From positions 1 to 40,746 of IMG/VR virus record IMGVR_UViG_3300038317_000316: a stretch of 40,746 bases of DNA; one strand, given 5' to 3'. Made by a program: the position numbers and the translations under genes. This stretch comes from a virus. Lineage: Duplodnaviria > Caudoviricetes. Positions 8,549 through 17,785 of the stretch are shown here, piece after piece (within the stretch, counting starts at the first letter, position 1; each line of letters opens with the position of its first letter). Below the pieces are notes generated by a model. That model made no database searches. It was given only the letters and a program-made list of their open reading frames with translations, and was not told where the DNA came from.

Positions 8549-10821
8549 TGTTTACCCTTTATCATGCCGATTTTATCGGCAACCCCAGCAATTGCTCCTA
8601 CCCTAATAAAACCATAGTCATAGATGCTGACAGCTTTAAGTCTGCTGTCGGCCATGACTATGTATGTGCGGAGTACAAGAATCACTACCGTAACGGTGAC
8701 AACTTTCTCTCTACGGACTGCCTTCCCGTAGATTGCGATAATGATCACTCTGAAAATCCGAAAGACTGGGTAACTCCGGCAGATGTACTGGAAGCTTTCC
8801 CTGGAGTAAGCATTGCTGTTCACTACAGTCGTTTCAACAAACGTGAAAAGAACGGAAAGCCAGCAAGGCCGAAGTTCCATGTACTCTTCCCGATTGACCG
8901 AATGACAGATGCTGTCCTTTACAGCGATATGAAAAAGCTGGTGAATTCCATTTTTCCATATTTCGATACGAAAGCACTGGATGCAGCCAGATTTTTCTTT
9001 GGCACTCAGGAACCAAATGTTGAACTATACCCCGGGCACATGAATCTCACGGAATTTCTAAATGATGACGAGTTCGATGCAGATCTTTCGGGCGGTCATG
9101 ATAAAGATGCGGTTATTCCGCAAGGCTGCCGTAACGCTGTTATGTCCCGCTTTGCAGGAATTGTCATCAAGAAATATGGCGATACAGAAAAAGCTTACAA
9201 GAGTTTTCTGGAAAAAGCAGCTACATGCTCACCGCCTCTTGATAACGGTGAGCTTTCTACGATCTGGCACAGTGCTCAGCGTTTTTACTTAAAGGTCAGC
9301 AAAGAAGATGGTTATGTTCCTCCTGAAGTATATAACGATGAAAACAACTACAAGCCGGATGACTTCTCTGATGTCGGTCAAGCTGAGGTACTGGCTAAAT
9401 ATTTCGCCGGTGAGCTCCGCTACTCTCCCGCCACGCATTTTATCCGTTACAGTGACCACTACTGGCAGGAAACAGAACCCGGTGCGCAGGCCGTTGCCCA
9501 TGAGCTTACCCGCAGACAGATGAATGAATCGTCAAAAGCAATGATAGCTGCTGCTAATAAGTTAAAAGACTGTGGAGCGCAGGACATTCTGGATAATACA
9601 TCCAAAGCAAAAGCTGAACAGCTCATGAGTGCTGAACAAATGGGAGCCTATCAGGAGTTTTTAGCAGCAAAAGCATATCAGGCATTTGCAGTCAAACGAC
9701 GCGATTCCAAGAACATTACATCAACACTTAAGGAATCACACCCGATGCTGGAAATCTCACCTCGTGATCTGGATGCTGACTGTTTTCTGCTATGCACCCC
9801 GCAAGCAACCTATGATCTTCGAAAAGGCATGGCCGGAGCGCGGGAACATTCTGCAAATGATTTTATTACAAAGATCACATCCGTTTCACCCGGTATCAAA
9901 GGCCAACAGCTCTGGCTTGATAACTTAAACCTTATCTTCCAGAAGGATCAGCAGCTGATAGATTATGTCCAAATGATCTGTGGTCTTGCCGTCATCGGAA
10001 AGGTCTACGTGGAAGCGCTTATCATCGCTTACGGAGATGGACGAAATGGTAAGTCTACTTTCTGGAACACCATCTCCCGTGTACTTGGTCTCTACAGCGG
10101 AAATATCTCTGCGGATACCCTGACCGTCGGCTGCCACAGAAACATTAAACCTGAAATGGCAGAAGTCAAAGGCAAACGTCTTCTGATTGCAGCTGAAATG
10201 CAGGAAGGCGCAAGGCTTAATGATTCCACCGTCAAACAGCTCTGTTCTACAGATGAAGTATTCGCAGAGAAAAAATATAAAGATCCGTTCTCCTTCAAAC
10301 CTTGCCACACGCTAGTGCTCTATACGAACCACCTGCCGCGTGTCTCAGCATCAGATGATGGTATCTGGCGCAGACTTATTGTCATTCCGTTTGATGCCAA
10401 GATTGAAGGCAATACCGACATCAAGAATTATGGCGAGTATTTATATGAAAATGCCGGGGAAAGCATCCTTGCATGGGTAATCGAAGGTGCCAAAAAGGTG
10501 ATTGCACTTGAGTTTCAGCTCCCTGTTCCCGACTGTGTGAAAAAGGCCATTGAAGAATACCGCAGTCAGAATGACTGGTTTGGACACTTTTTAGAGGAAA
10601 AGTGCGAGATCGATGATTCCTATAAGGAAAGCTCATCAGCGCTATATCAGGCCTATCGCAATTATTCGCTGGACTGCAATGAATATGTGCGGAGCACCGC
10701 TGATTTCTATTTTGCTCTGGAGAAAGCGGGATTCGAGCGGACGACCATAAGTAGAAAGCGCTATTTTAAAGGGCTTCGCATCCGTGAAGACACAACTGCA
10801 GAGGATGATTTTCTGCAGTGA
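8548..10821 (+). CDS. P4-family primase/helicase (primase-polymerase N-terminus, PriCT, D5-like SF3 helicase)
   Basis: DCDNDH and RPKFH primase motifs; Walker A GDGRNGKST; LYTNHLP; DDGIWRRL. Confidence 0.92.
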   Translation: MFTLYHADFIGNPSNCSYPNKTIVIDADSFKSAVGHDYVCAEYKNHYRNGDNFLSTDCLPVDCDNDHSENPKDWVTPADVLEAFPGVSIAVHYSRFNKREKNGKPARPKFHVLFPIDRMTDAVLYSDMKKLVNSIFPYFDTKALDAARFFFGTQEPNVELYPGHMNLTEFLNDDEFDADLSGGHDKDAVIPQGCRNAVMSRFAGIVIKKYGDTEKAYKSFLEKAATCSPPLDNGELSTIWHSAQRFYLKVSKEDGYVPPEVYNDENNYKPDDFSDVGQAEVLAKYFAGELRYSPATHFIRYSDHYWQETEPGAQAVAHELTRRQMNESSKAMIAAANKLKDCGAQDILDNTSKAKAEQLMSAEQMGAYQEFLAAKAYQAFAVKRRDSKNITSTLKESHPMLEISPRDLDADCFLLCTPQATYDLRKGMAGAREHSANDFITKITSVSPGIKGQQLWLDNLNLIFQKDQQLIDYVQMICGLAVIGKVYVEALIIAYGDGRNGKSTFWNTISRVLGLYSGNISADTLTVGCHRNIKPEMAEVKGKRLLIAAEMQEGARLNDSTVKQLCSTDEVFAEKKYKDPFSFKPCHTLVLYTNHLPRVSASDDGIWRRLIVIPFDAKIEGNTDIKNYGEYLYENAGESILAWVIEGAKKVIALEFQLPVPDCVKKAIEEYRSQNDWFGHFLEEKCEIDDSYKESSSALYQAYRNYSLDCNEYVRSTADFYFALEKAGFERTTISRKRYFKGLRIREDTTAEDDFLQ

Positions 10822-10834
10822 TTTGCACTAATGA

Positions 10835-10925
10835 CAAGGTGTATCAAGGTCATATATAAAAACTCTCTTAGGGCTATAAAAAAAGCTATAAGAAAAAGTT
10901 CGGTAAACACCATTGATACACCTTG
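10835..10925. repeat. 13-bp perfect inverted repeat around an AT-rich core; candidate replication origin
   Basis: CAAGGTGTATCAA (10835-10847) and TTGATACACCTTG (10913-10925), directly after the primase gene. Confidence 0.65.
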
Positions 10926-10961
10926 CACATCCAGTAAATTCGCACCTGACGGAGGTTCCAG

Positions 10962-11243
10962 ATGAATGAAAAACAGATAGAAAACAAGTTAACTATGGCA
11001 GTAAAAAAATCCGGAGGAATTGCGCCGAAGTTCGTGTCTCCTGGATTTGCAGGAATGCCCGACCGTCTCATATTACTTCCTGACGGCCATATTGGTTTTG
11101 TAGAACTAAAAGCACCCGGTAAAAAGCCACGCCCGCTTCAACTATCAAGACACCGACTGCTTAGAAAATTAGGCTTTCGGGTTTATGTCATTGATGATCC
11201 GGAGCAGATTGGAGGAATGATTGATGAACTTCGAACCACATGA
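10962..11243 (+). CDS. VRR-NUC domain nuclease
   Basis: GMPDRL, FVELKAPG, PRPLQ. Confidence 0.9.
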   Translation: MNEKQIENKLTMAVKKSGGIAPKFVSPGFAGMPDRLILLPDGHIGFVELKAPGKKPRPLQLSRHRLLRKLGFRVYVIDDPEQIGGMIDELRTT

Positions 11244-12570
11244 TTATCAAGCTTATGCCATTCAATATATTGAAAAACATCCTATCGCTGCTGTTCTTCT
11301 CGATATGGGGCTTGGCAAAACCGTCATCAGCCTCACTGCAGTTTCCGATCTCTTATTTGATAGTTTTGAAATTCATCATGTTCTGGTGGTAGCTCCCTTA
11401 CGAGTTGCAAGAGATACGTGGCCTGCTGAAATTCAAAAATGGAAGCACCTTTCCGGTCTAACCTATACCGTAGCGGTCGGGACTTCCAAGGAACGAAAAG
11501 CGGCACTGATGCAATACGCAGATATCACAATCATAAACCGTGAAAATCTTGAGTGGCTGATTGATGGCTCTGGTTTTCCATTCGACTACGATATGGTGAT
11601 TCTGGACGAGCTCTCATCCTTTAAGAATCACAAATCAAAACGCTTTAAATCTCTGATGAAGGTACGCCCTTTCATTCACAGAATTATCGGCCTTACCGGT
11701 ACGCCTTCTTCCAATGGTCTTATGGATCTGTGGGCAGAGTTCAAGGTGCTGGATATGGGCGAGCGTCTCGGTCGTTTTATTACCCAGTACCGAACGAACT
11801 ACTTCATGCCAGACAAACGTAATGGTGAAATCATCTACTCCTATAAACCACTACCCTATGCAGAGGATTCCATATATCGAAAGATTTCCGATATCACCAT
11901 TTCCATGAAATCAACTGACCATCTGAAGATGTCAGAACTTGTTTCTACGCAATATGAAGTTCAGCTGTCAGAATCAGAACAAGAGCGATATGAAGATCTA
12001 AAACAGGAACTTGTCCTGCAGCTTCCAAAAGGTGAAGTGACTGCCGCTAATGCTGCCTCGCTGACAGGAAAGCTCTCCCAACTTGCGAACGGTGCTATCT
12101 ATGCAGATTCAGGTGAAATCATAGAATTCCATGACAGAAAGCTGGACGCTCTGGAGGATATCATTGAAGCCGCAAATGAAAAGCCGCTTCTTGTAGCCTA
12201 TTGGTTTCGGCATGATCTTTCCCGGATCAAGAAACGCTTTAATGTCCGTGAAATCAAAACAAGTCAGGATATCGCTGACTGGAATGCGGGAAAGATTCCT
12301 GTAGCAGTCATCCACCCTGCTTCTGCCGGTCATGGTCTCAACCTTCAAGCAGGAGGTTCTACCCTTGTTTGGTTTGGGCTCACATGGTCTCTGGAATTAT
12401 ATCAACAGACAAACGCAAGACTCTGGCGGCAAGGTCAAGAAGCACACACCGTTGTGATCCAGCACATCATTACAAAAGGCACCGTCGATGAAAGAATCAT
12501 GAAAGCTCTCTCCAAAAAAGAGATGACACAAACGGCACTGATTGATGCCGTCAAAGCAGAGGTGGTGTGA
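11224..12570 (+). CDS. SNF2-family helicase
   Basis: DMGLGKT, DELS, LTGTP, HGLNLQ, Q..ARLWRQGQ. Confidence 0.92.
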   Translation: MNFEPHDYQAYAIQYIEKHPIAAVLLDMGLGKTVISLTAVSDLLFDSFEIHHVLVVAPLRVARDTWPAEIQKWKHLSGLTYTVAVGTSKERKAALMQYADITIINRENLEWLIDGSGFPFDYDMVILDELSSFKNHKSKRFKSLMKVRPFIHRIIGLTGTPSSNGLMDLWAEFKVLDMGERLGRFITQYRTNYFMPDKRNGEIIYSYKPLPYAEDSIYRKISDITISMKSTDHLKMSELVSTQYEVQLSESEQERYEDLKQELVLQLPKGEVTAANAASLTGKLSQLANGAIYADSGEIIEFHDRKLDALEDIIEAANEKPLLVAYWFRHDLSRIKKRFNVREIKTSQDIADWNAGKIPVAVIHPASAGHGLNLQAGGSTLVWFGLTWSLELYQQTNARLWRQGQEAHTVVIQHIITKGTVDERIMKALSKKEMTQTALIDAVKAEVV

Positions 12571-12794
12571 TGACCGACCCTTATGAAAACCTTGCAAATG
12601 CCATCGTACTGCAAGCCGTGAAAGATTACCGTGAAACTCTGAAACGTCTGAAGAAAAGATCAGATAACAAATATGCTATGGCGGAAGCTATGGATTGTGA
12701 GCAGTTCTTCCACTCTGGCTGGTACAGAACTCTCACAAGTGTTGACGGCGAATACTTAATACAGAAATTACAAGAGGAGGCGAAAGCCAAATGA
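12570..12794 (+). CDS. Hypothetical phage protein
   Basis: YENLANAIVLQAVKDYR; translationally coupled to its neighbours. Confidence 0.75.
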   Translation: MTDPYENLANAIVLQAVKDYRETLKRLKKRSDNKYAMAEAMDCEQFFHSGWYRTLTSVDGEYLIQKLQEEAKAK

Positions 12795-13219
12795 CAGTAA
12801 AAGAATATCTCCATCAGGCATACCGCCTTGATCAGAGAATAAGGTCTGACACAATGGAAGCACAGAACCTTCGGGAGATGTCCGGAAGTGTGTCAGCAAT
12901 CCAATATGATAAAGACCGCGTGCAGACATCAAGGAATACCGACGCACCCTTTGTCCGTACACTTGAAAAGCTCTGGGAGCTTGAGAACAAAATTGCCACT
13001 GAACTGGAAACGCTCTCTGAGCTGAAAGAACAGATCCGTGATGTTATTGAGGCTGTTCCGGGCACAGACGAACGCATGGTTTTGAAGTACCGCTACATCC
13101 ATAATTATACGTGGGAACAAATCGGCATTGAGCTTTGTGCCGATGCACGTACCATAAGGCGCTGGCATGGCAAAGCCCTACTTCACGCTTCCATACCGGA
13201 AAAACCTATTGTTATATGA
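12791..13219 (+). CDS. ArpU/RinA-like (DUF1492-like) late transcriptional activator
   Basis: MTVKEYL.Q; C-terminal sigma4-type HTH RY...TWEQI..EL....RT..RWH..AL; last gene before the packaging module. Confidence 0.82.
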   Translation: MTVKEYLHQAYRLDQRIRSDTMEAQNLREMSGSVSAIQYDKDRVQTSRNTDAPFVRTLEKLWELENKIATELETLSELKEQIRDVIEAVPGTDERMVLKYRYIHNYTWEQIGIELCADARTIRRWHGKALLHASIPEKPIVI

Positions 13220-13220
13220 A

Positions 13221-13283
13221 ATGCGCCCGAAATGTCTTACTTTGTCCTAAGATGTCCGGGTGCCCATTATGTTAGTATATAAT
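13221..13283 (+). promoter_or_regulatory. Putative late promoter: phased TGTCY repeats upstream of TATAAT
   Basis: ATGTCT (13232), TTGTCC (13242) and ATGTCC (13252) at 10-bp spacing; TATAAT at 13278-13283; no clear -35. Confidence 0.65.
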
Positions 13284-13313
13284 CAGCAAAACAGAATAAA
13301 AAACAGCTGTGCA

Positions 13314-13347
13314 GCCTTGTGGGATATTCCTGCAAGGCATTTCTTTT
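13314..13347 (+). terminator. Terminator-like hairpin in the late leader
   Basis: GCCTTGTGGGA-TAT-TCCTGCAAGGC followed by ATTTCTTTT. Confidence 0.55.
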
Positions 13348-13370
13348 GCCAAGGAAAGGAGGCGGCGCTC

Positions 13371-13718
13371 ATGCCAATGAAGCCCAAAAGACCTTGCCGC
13401 TATCCGGGATGCCCAAGACTGACTGACGGTATCTACTGTGAGGAACATGCCAAGCTTATGGAGCAGCACTATGAAAAGTTCCAGCGAGGCTACTCAACCG
13501 GAAAAAGATACGGCAGGTCTTGGAAACGAATCCGTGACCGGTATGTCCACAAGCATCCGCTTTGTGAACAGTGCCTGAAGGAAGGACGCTACGTTGCCGT
13601 CGAGGAAGTTCACCACATCATTTCTCTCTCCGATGGAGGAACCAATGACGAGAAGAACCTCATGAGCCTTTGCCGCTCCTGTCATGAAAAGATACATAGA
13701 GACCTGGGAGACCGTTGA
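13371..13718 (+). CDS. Packaging-associated HNH endonuclease
   Basis: PLCEQC, EEVHHI, NLMSLCRSCH; located immediately before cos/terS. Confidence 0.92.
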   Translation: MPMKPKRPCRYPGCPRLTDGIYCEEHAKLMEQHYEKFQRGYSTGKRYGRSWKRIRDRYVHKHPLCEQCLKEGRYVAVEEVHHIISLSDGGTNDEKNLMSLCRSCHEKIHRDLGDR

Positions 13719-13760
13719 TTATATTCGCGGTCTTTTCTATTTCATGATGATCTTTCTGAC

Positions 13761-13830
13761 CGGTAGGGGCGGGTCGAATCTCTACGGACGAATGCTGCGG
13801 AAAACGGCGCCCCCTCTCCTTCACGAAAAA
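13761..13830. other. Candidate cos/packaging initiation region
   Basis: GC-rich AGGGGCGG ... AAAACGGCGCCCCCT between HNH and terS, the usual cos position in HK97-like phages that carry an HNH gene. Confidence 0.55.
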
Positions 13831-13870
13831 AGCGAAATCAAACGGGTAATAAAGGAGGCGCCAAAAAGCA

Positions 13871-14422
13871 ATGCCTACAAAATCAAATAATACCGGAGGC
13901 CGTGGCGGTAGACGTCCCGGCGCTGGCAGGAAAAAGAGCGCCGTCAAAGATAAATATGAAAGCGGTAATCCGGGCGGCAGAGATCTTACGATTCTGGATA
14001 TTCCGGATGTCGAAGGCGTAGACATGCCTACGCCACATGACTTCTTATCTGCCAAACAACACGACGGCTCCACACTGGAAGCCGGTGAAATCTACAGAGA
14101 AACATGGGAGTGGCTGGATAAGCTCGGCGTAGCAAAAGCTGTATCACCTCAGCTTCTTGAGCGATACGCGATGTGCTCTGCCCGCTGGATTCAATGCGAA
14201 GAGATGACAACAAGGCTCGGATATCTGTCAAAACATCCGACAACCGGAAAGCCGATCCCTTCTCCATTTATCAATATCGGCATCAACTATATGAATCAGG
14301 CCAGCCGCCTGTGGAATGAAATATTCCAGATCGTCAAGGAAAACTGCTCCACAGAATATGGAGGTCTCAACCCGCAGGACGATGTAATGGAACGGCTGCT
14401 TCAAGCAAGAAAGGGAATGTAA
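13871..14422 (+). CDS. terS: Terminase small subunit (P27-like)
   Basis: GGRRPGAGRK N-terminus, HPTTGKPIPSPF; position. Confidence 0.8.
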   Translation: MPTKSNNTGGRGGRRPGAGRKKSAVKDKYESGNPGGRDLTILDIPDVEGVDMPTPHDFLSAKQHDGSTLEAGEIYRETWEWLDKLGVAKAVSPQLLERYAMCSARWIQCEEMTTRLGYLSKHPTTGKPIPSPFINIGINYMNQASRLWNEIFQIVKENCSTEYGGLNPQDDVMERLLQARKGM

Positions 14423-15679
14423 ATGAACACAGAAAGATTTGAACAGGTTCCAATAGAAAAATTAGTGCCTTACGCCCGGAATGCCCGGACGCATAGTAAA
14501 GAACAGATTGCACAGCTTCGTGCCTCACTTCGTGAATTCGGATTCGTAAGTCCTGCAGTTATCGACTCGGAATATAACATTCTCGTCGGTCATGGCAGAG
14601 TTCAGGCTGCAAGAGAAGAAGGCTATGATACAGTGCCTTGCGTCTTCGCCGAGAATCTGACGGAAGCCCAGAAACGTGCATATATTCTTGCAGACAATCA
14701 GCTCGCACTAAATGCAGGCTGGGATGAAGAAATGCTGTCGGTTGAATTATCTGATTTGCAGGATCAGTCTTTCGACCTCTCTCTTCTTGGCTTTGGAAAT
14801 GATGAACTGGAAAAGCTTCTTTGTGATTCCGATGAAAAAGATGTCGAGGATGATGACTTTGACCTGACTGCTGCTCTTGAAAAAGCTTCTTTCGTAGAGC
14901 CCGGAGACATTTGGACAGTCGGCAAGCATCGTCTTATGTGTGGAGATGCCACATCTGCTGATGATGTAAACAAACTCATGGATGGTAAAAAAGCAAACCT
15001 TGTACTGACTGATCCGCCTTACGGAGTTTCCTTCAAAGCTTCTGACGGACTGACCATTCAAAATGACAGTCTTAAAGGTGAAGAGTTCTATAATTTTCTG
15101 CTTTCTGCCTTCAAGAACATGGCTGAACACCTTGAAAAAGGCGGAGCCGCATATTGCTTCCATGCAGATACGGAAGGACTCACTTTCAGGAAAACATTCA
15201 TTGAAGCAGGCTTCCACCTTGCCGGTGTATGCATCTGGGTAAAGAATTCTCTTGTGCTCGGTCGCTCCGATTATCAGTGGCAGCATGAACCTATCCTCTA
15301 CGGATTTTTGCAAAACGGCAAGCACCCGTGGTATTCCGATCGTAAGCAGACAACGATCTGGAATTTTGACAAACCCAAACGCAACAAAGATCATCCGACC
15401 AGTAAACCTCTGGATCTATTGGGATATCCTATTCAGAACTCAACCCAGGAAAATTCCATAGTAATAGATACTTTCGGCGGCTCCGGCTCCACACTCATGG
15501 CCTGCGAACAGCTGAATCGCATCTGCTACATGATGGAGCTTGATCCGAAATACACATCTGTGATTCTCAGGCGCTACGTTGAGGATACAAATGATGCTGA
15601 CAATGTGTATGTAGTAAGAAACGGTGAGCGCATCTCATACTCTGCTCTCGTAAAGCAGGTTGATTTTGAGACGGTATAA
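14423..15679 (+). CDS. ParB-like N-terminal domain + N6-A/N4-C DNA methyltransferase
   Basis: PYARNARTH and GHGR ParB motifs; DPPY; HPTSKP; DTFGGSGST. Confidence 0.92.
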   Translation: MNTERFEQVPIEKLVPYARNARTHSKEQIAQLRASLREFGFVSPAVIDSEYNILVGHGRVQAAREEGYDTVPCVFAENLTEAQKRAYILADNQLALNAGWDEEMLSVELSDLQDQSFDLSLLGFGNDELEKLLCDSDEKDVEDDDFDLTAALEKASFVEPGDIWTVGKHRLMCGDATSADDVNKLMDGKKANLVLTDPPYGVSFKASDGLTIQNDSLKGEEFYNFLLSAFKNMAEHLEKGGAAYCFHADTEGLTFRKTFIEAGFHLAGVCIWVKNSLVLGRSDYQWQHEPILYGFLQNGKHPWYSDRKQTTIWNFDKPKRNKDHPTSKPLDLLGYPIQNSTQENSIVIDTFGGSGSTLMACEQLNRICYMMELDPKYTSVILRRYVEDTNDADNVYVVRNGERISYSALVKQVDFETV

Positions 15680-15737
15680 TACACAAATTCAGGCCAGCTA
15701 ATTCAGCGATTTTCTATCACGGAAATACCGTAGTATT

Positions 15738-15776
15738 GCTTGCTATATAAGGCTTTCAGAGTGATATATGTACATA
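15738..15776 (+). promoter_or_regulatory. Dispersed element B (promoter-like), copy 1
   Basis: GCTTGCTA-N10-TCAGAGTGATATATGTACATA; near-identical at 16973, diverged at 35080. Confidence 0.75.
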
Positions 15777-15828
15777 CCGAAAGGCACAAAAGGAAGTCTT
15801 CGGAAAACAAAAAACGGAGGTACACACC

Positions 15829-16530
15829 ATGAAAGCTGATTACAGCATAACCGGAAAGAACAGAAAAGATCTTGTAAACGCCATCGCCGCATATATGGGT
15901 GAAAAGCCCAAATATCTCGGGATGCCCACTGCAGCCTATGAAATTGGAGATATCACAGTTGATAAAGAAGGATGTGTAAGCTGCGAAGATGAAGCAAAGC
16001 TTGAACGCTTGATTCACAGCCTGATCGCTGATGGCTTCACGCCAACGACACAAGCATCCGGCCAGGCTAAAGAAACAGAACCTGCAGCCGAAAGCGTAGA
16101 AACAAATGAATCCACCGGCCTGACCATTTCTCTTCCAACCAGCAGCGCTTCAGTTGAAAACCTAAAGAACCTACTTGCAGCAAAGGGAGCTCTCATCAAA
16201 AAGGCTCTCGGCATCGATGATATCAGCATCAAAATCGAGGACGACACGATTCTATTCCCTTGGTTCGATACGCTTCCCACTCCGAACGAGACAAAAGTCT
16301 ATACGCATTTTATTGCCGCACTTTGCAAGATGAGCAAAGACCTGAAACGAATCAGTGCTGCTGAGCATGAGACCAGCAATGAAAAGTATGCATTCCGCTG
16401 CTTTCTCCTTCGGCTTGGCTTTATCGGAAACGACTACAAGAAAGAACGCAAAATTCTCTTGAAGAATCTTTCCGGAAATTCCAGCTGGAAAAATGGCGCT
16501 CCGGAAAAGGAGGTTGCTGTATGCGAATGA
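15829..16530 (+). CDS. Phage 'virulence-related' / amidoligase-like moron protein
   Basis: RK.LV.AI....G....YLGMPT.AY; NEKYAFRCFLLRLGFIG..YK.ERK.LL.NLSG. Confidence 0.75.
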   Translation: MKADYSITGKNRKDLVNAIAAYMGEKPKYLGMPTAAYEIGDITVDKEGCVSCEDEAKLERLIHSLIADGFTPTTQASGQAKETEPAAESVETNESTGLTISLPTSSASVENLKNLLAAKGALIKKALGIDDISIKIEDDTILFPWFDTLPTPNETKVYTHFIAALCKMSKDLKRISAAEHETSNEKYAFRCFLLRLGFIGNDYKKERKILLKNLSGNSSWKNGAPEKEVAVCE

Positions 16531-16745
16531 TCAGACAAGAAAAGCTTGAAGCACTCCGAGCCAACTATCCGGCAGGTACCCGCGTAGAGCTCATACAAAT
16601 GGATGATCCGCAGGCACCGCCCGCTGGTACCAAAGGAACCGTTATGGGCATTGACGATACTGGCTCCCTCATGGTGAATTGGAATAACGGCTCCGGCCTG
16701 AACGTCATCTATGGCGTCGACCTTGTTAAAAAGGTGGCGGACTGA
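16521..16745 (+). CDS. DUF4314-like protein
   Basis: YPAGTRVEL..MDDPQAPP.GTKGTV..IDD.G...V.W.NGS.L. Confidence 0.82.
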   Translation: MRMIRQEKLEALRANYPAGTRVELIQMDDPQAPPAGTKGTVMGIDDTGSLMVNWNNGSGLNVIYGVDLVKKVAD

Positions 16746-16746
16746 T

Positions 16747-16923
16747 ATGGACAAAAAAGTAAAAGAGCAGATCCTTGCTATCCGTGACACCGGTCTTACA
16801 AACATGTTTGATATAACGATGGTTCAGCGTATTGCCTTTGAACGAAACTTCTATGAATTGGTACTCTACCTCGAAGATTATCGCGAGGAATATGTGAATT
16901 TCATCCTCCACGGCGACGAGTAA
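16747..16923 (+). CDS. DUF5049-like protein
   Basis: EQILAIRDTGLTNMFD...VQRIA. Confidence 0.8.
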   Translation: MDKKVKEQILAIRDTGLTNMFDITMVQRIAFERNFYELVLYLEDYREEYVNFILHGDE

Positions 16924-16972
16924 ACTACACAATTTACCCGGTCAAAAACTATTACATATATGTCTCAATATA

Positions 16973-17011
16973 GCTTGCTATTACAAGGCTTCAGAGTGAT
17001 ATATGTACATA
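16973..17011 (+). promoter_or_regulatory. Dispersed element B, copy 2
   Basis: GCTTGCTA-N10-TCAGAGTGATATATGTACATA. Confidence 0.75.
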
Positions 17012-17043
17012 ACAAAAAAGGAAAACCTAAGGAGGAAAAACAC

Positions 17044-17409
17044 ATGAAGTACAAGGTAGAGGCAATCGAAAACGCAAAGACAGGAATGAGCTGGAAAGAG
17101 ATCGGCGTGAACTGGACGCTTGGGCAGGCTTATCTTTACAGCAAGGAAGCAGGAAACGAACTTCCGAATTTCGCCGAGGTCATTTGGGACGATGACATTG
17201 AAGAAATCCTAACCGACATGAAGAAAACCGGAATCAAAGAATTTACCATCAGCTCCACCTTTTCAAGCCTAATCAATACCATCGCAAGGTTTGAAGAGCT
17301 AGGCTGCACCCTGGACGGGATCGTCAAGGTACACGAACGCTACACTCATTTTGGGAGCGACAAGCACGAACTGATCCCTGCCTTCAAGATGACAGTCAAG
17401 GAGGCGTAA
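17044..17409 (+). CDS. Hypothetical moron protein (121 aa)
   Basis: AAGGAGG SD; GIKEFTISSTFS motif. Confidence 0.8.
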   Translation: MKYKVEAIENAKTGMSWKEIGVNWTLGQAYLYSKEAGNELPNFAEVIWDDDIEEILTDMKKTGIKEFTISSTFSSLINTIARFEELGCTLDGIVKVHERYTHFGSDKHELIPAFKMTVKEA

Positions 17410-17413
17410 AACT

Positions 17414-17662
17414 ATGTGGAGCGAAGGAGTTATCGGCATTCCGGATGCCAAGGATAAAGAAAGATATACTAAATGCCACTACTGGGTAAAGCACTTTGAT
17501 GAACCAAGCGAAAAATACGGTCTGAACCAAGGTAAGATTTCAAAGCTCATGATTAAGATAAACGGCAGCGTTGCCGCAAACTACGACAGAGGCTGGGCCA
17601 TTCACCCGACCTGTAAGGAAGCAGAACTAGCCCTTTGCATCCTGCTTGAAAACTACAACTAA
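17414..17662 (+). CDS. Hypothetical moron protein (82 aa)
   Basis: AAGGAGG SD; YWVKHFDEPS..YG...G.ISKL...NYDRGW. Confidence 0.8.
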   Translation: MWSEGVIGIPDAKDKERYTKCHYWVKHFDEPSEKYGLNQGKISKLMIKINGSVAANYDRGWAIHPTCKEAELALCILLENYN

Positions 17663-17687
17663 TAAAAACTAAAAATGAATATTCCGA

Positions 17688-17764
17688 AAGCAGAGCCCTC
17701 ACGGCTCTTGCTCTCGTACTAATAAGCCTTAGATCGCAGTGAAAGCTGGCGGTCTTTATTTTTG
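17688..17764 (+). terminator. Tandem hairpins closing the moron block
   Basis: AGCAGAGCC..GGCTCTTGCT, then AGATCGCAG..CTGGCGGTCT followed by a T tract. Confidence 0.5.
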
Positions 17765-17785
17765 CCCTGAAAGGAGGCGGCATTT

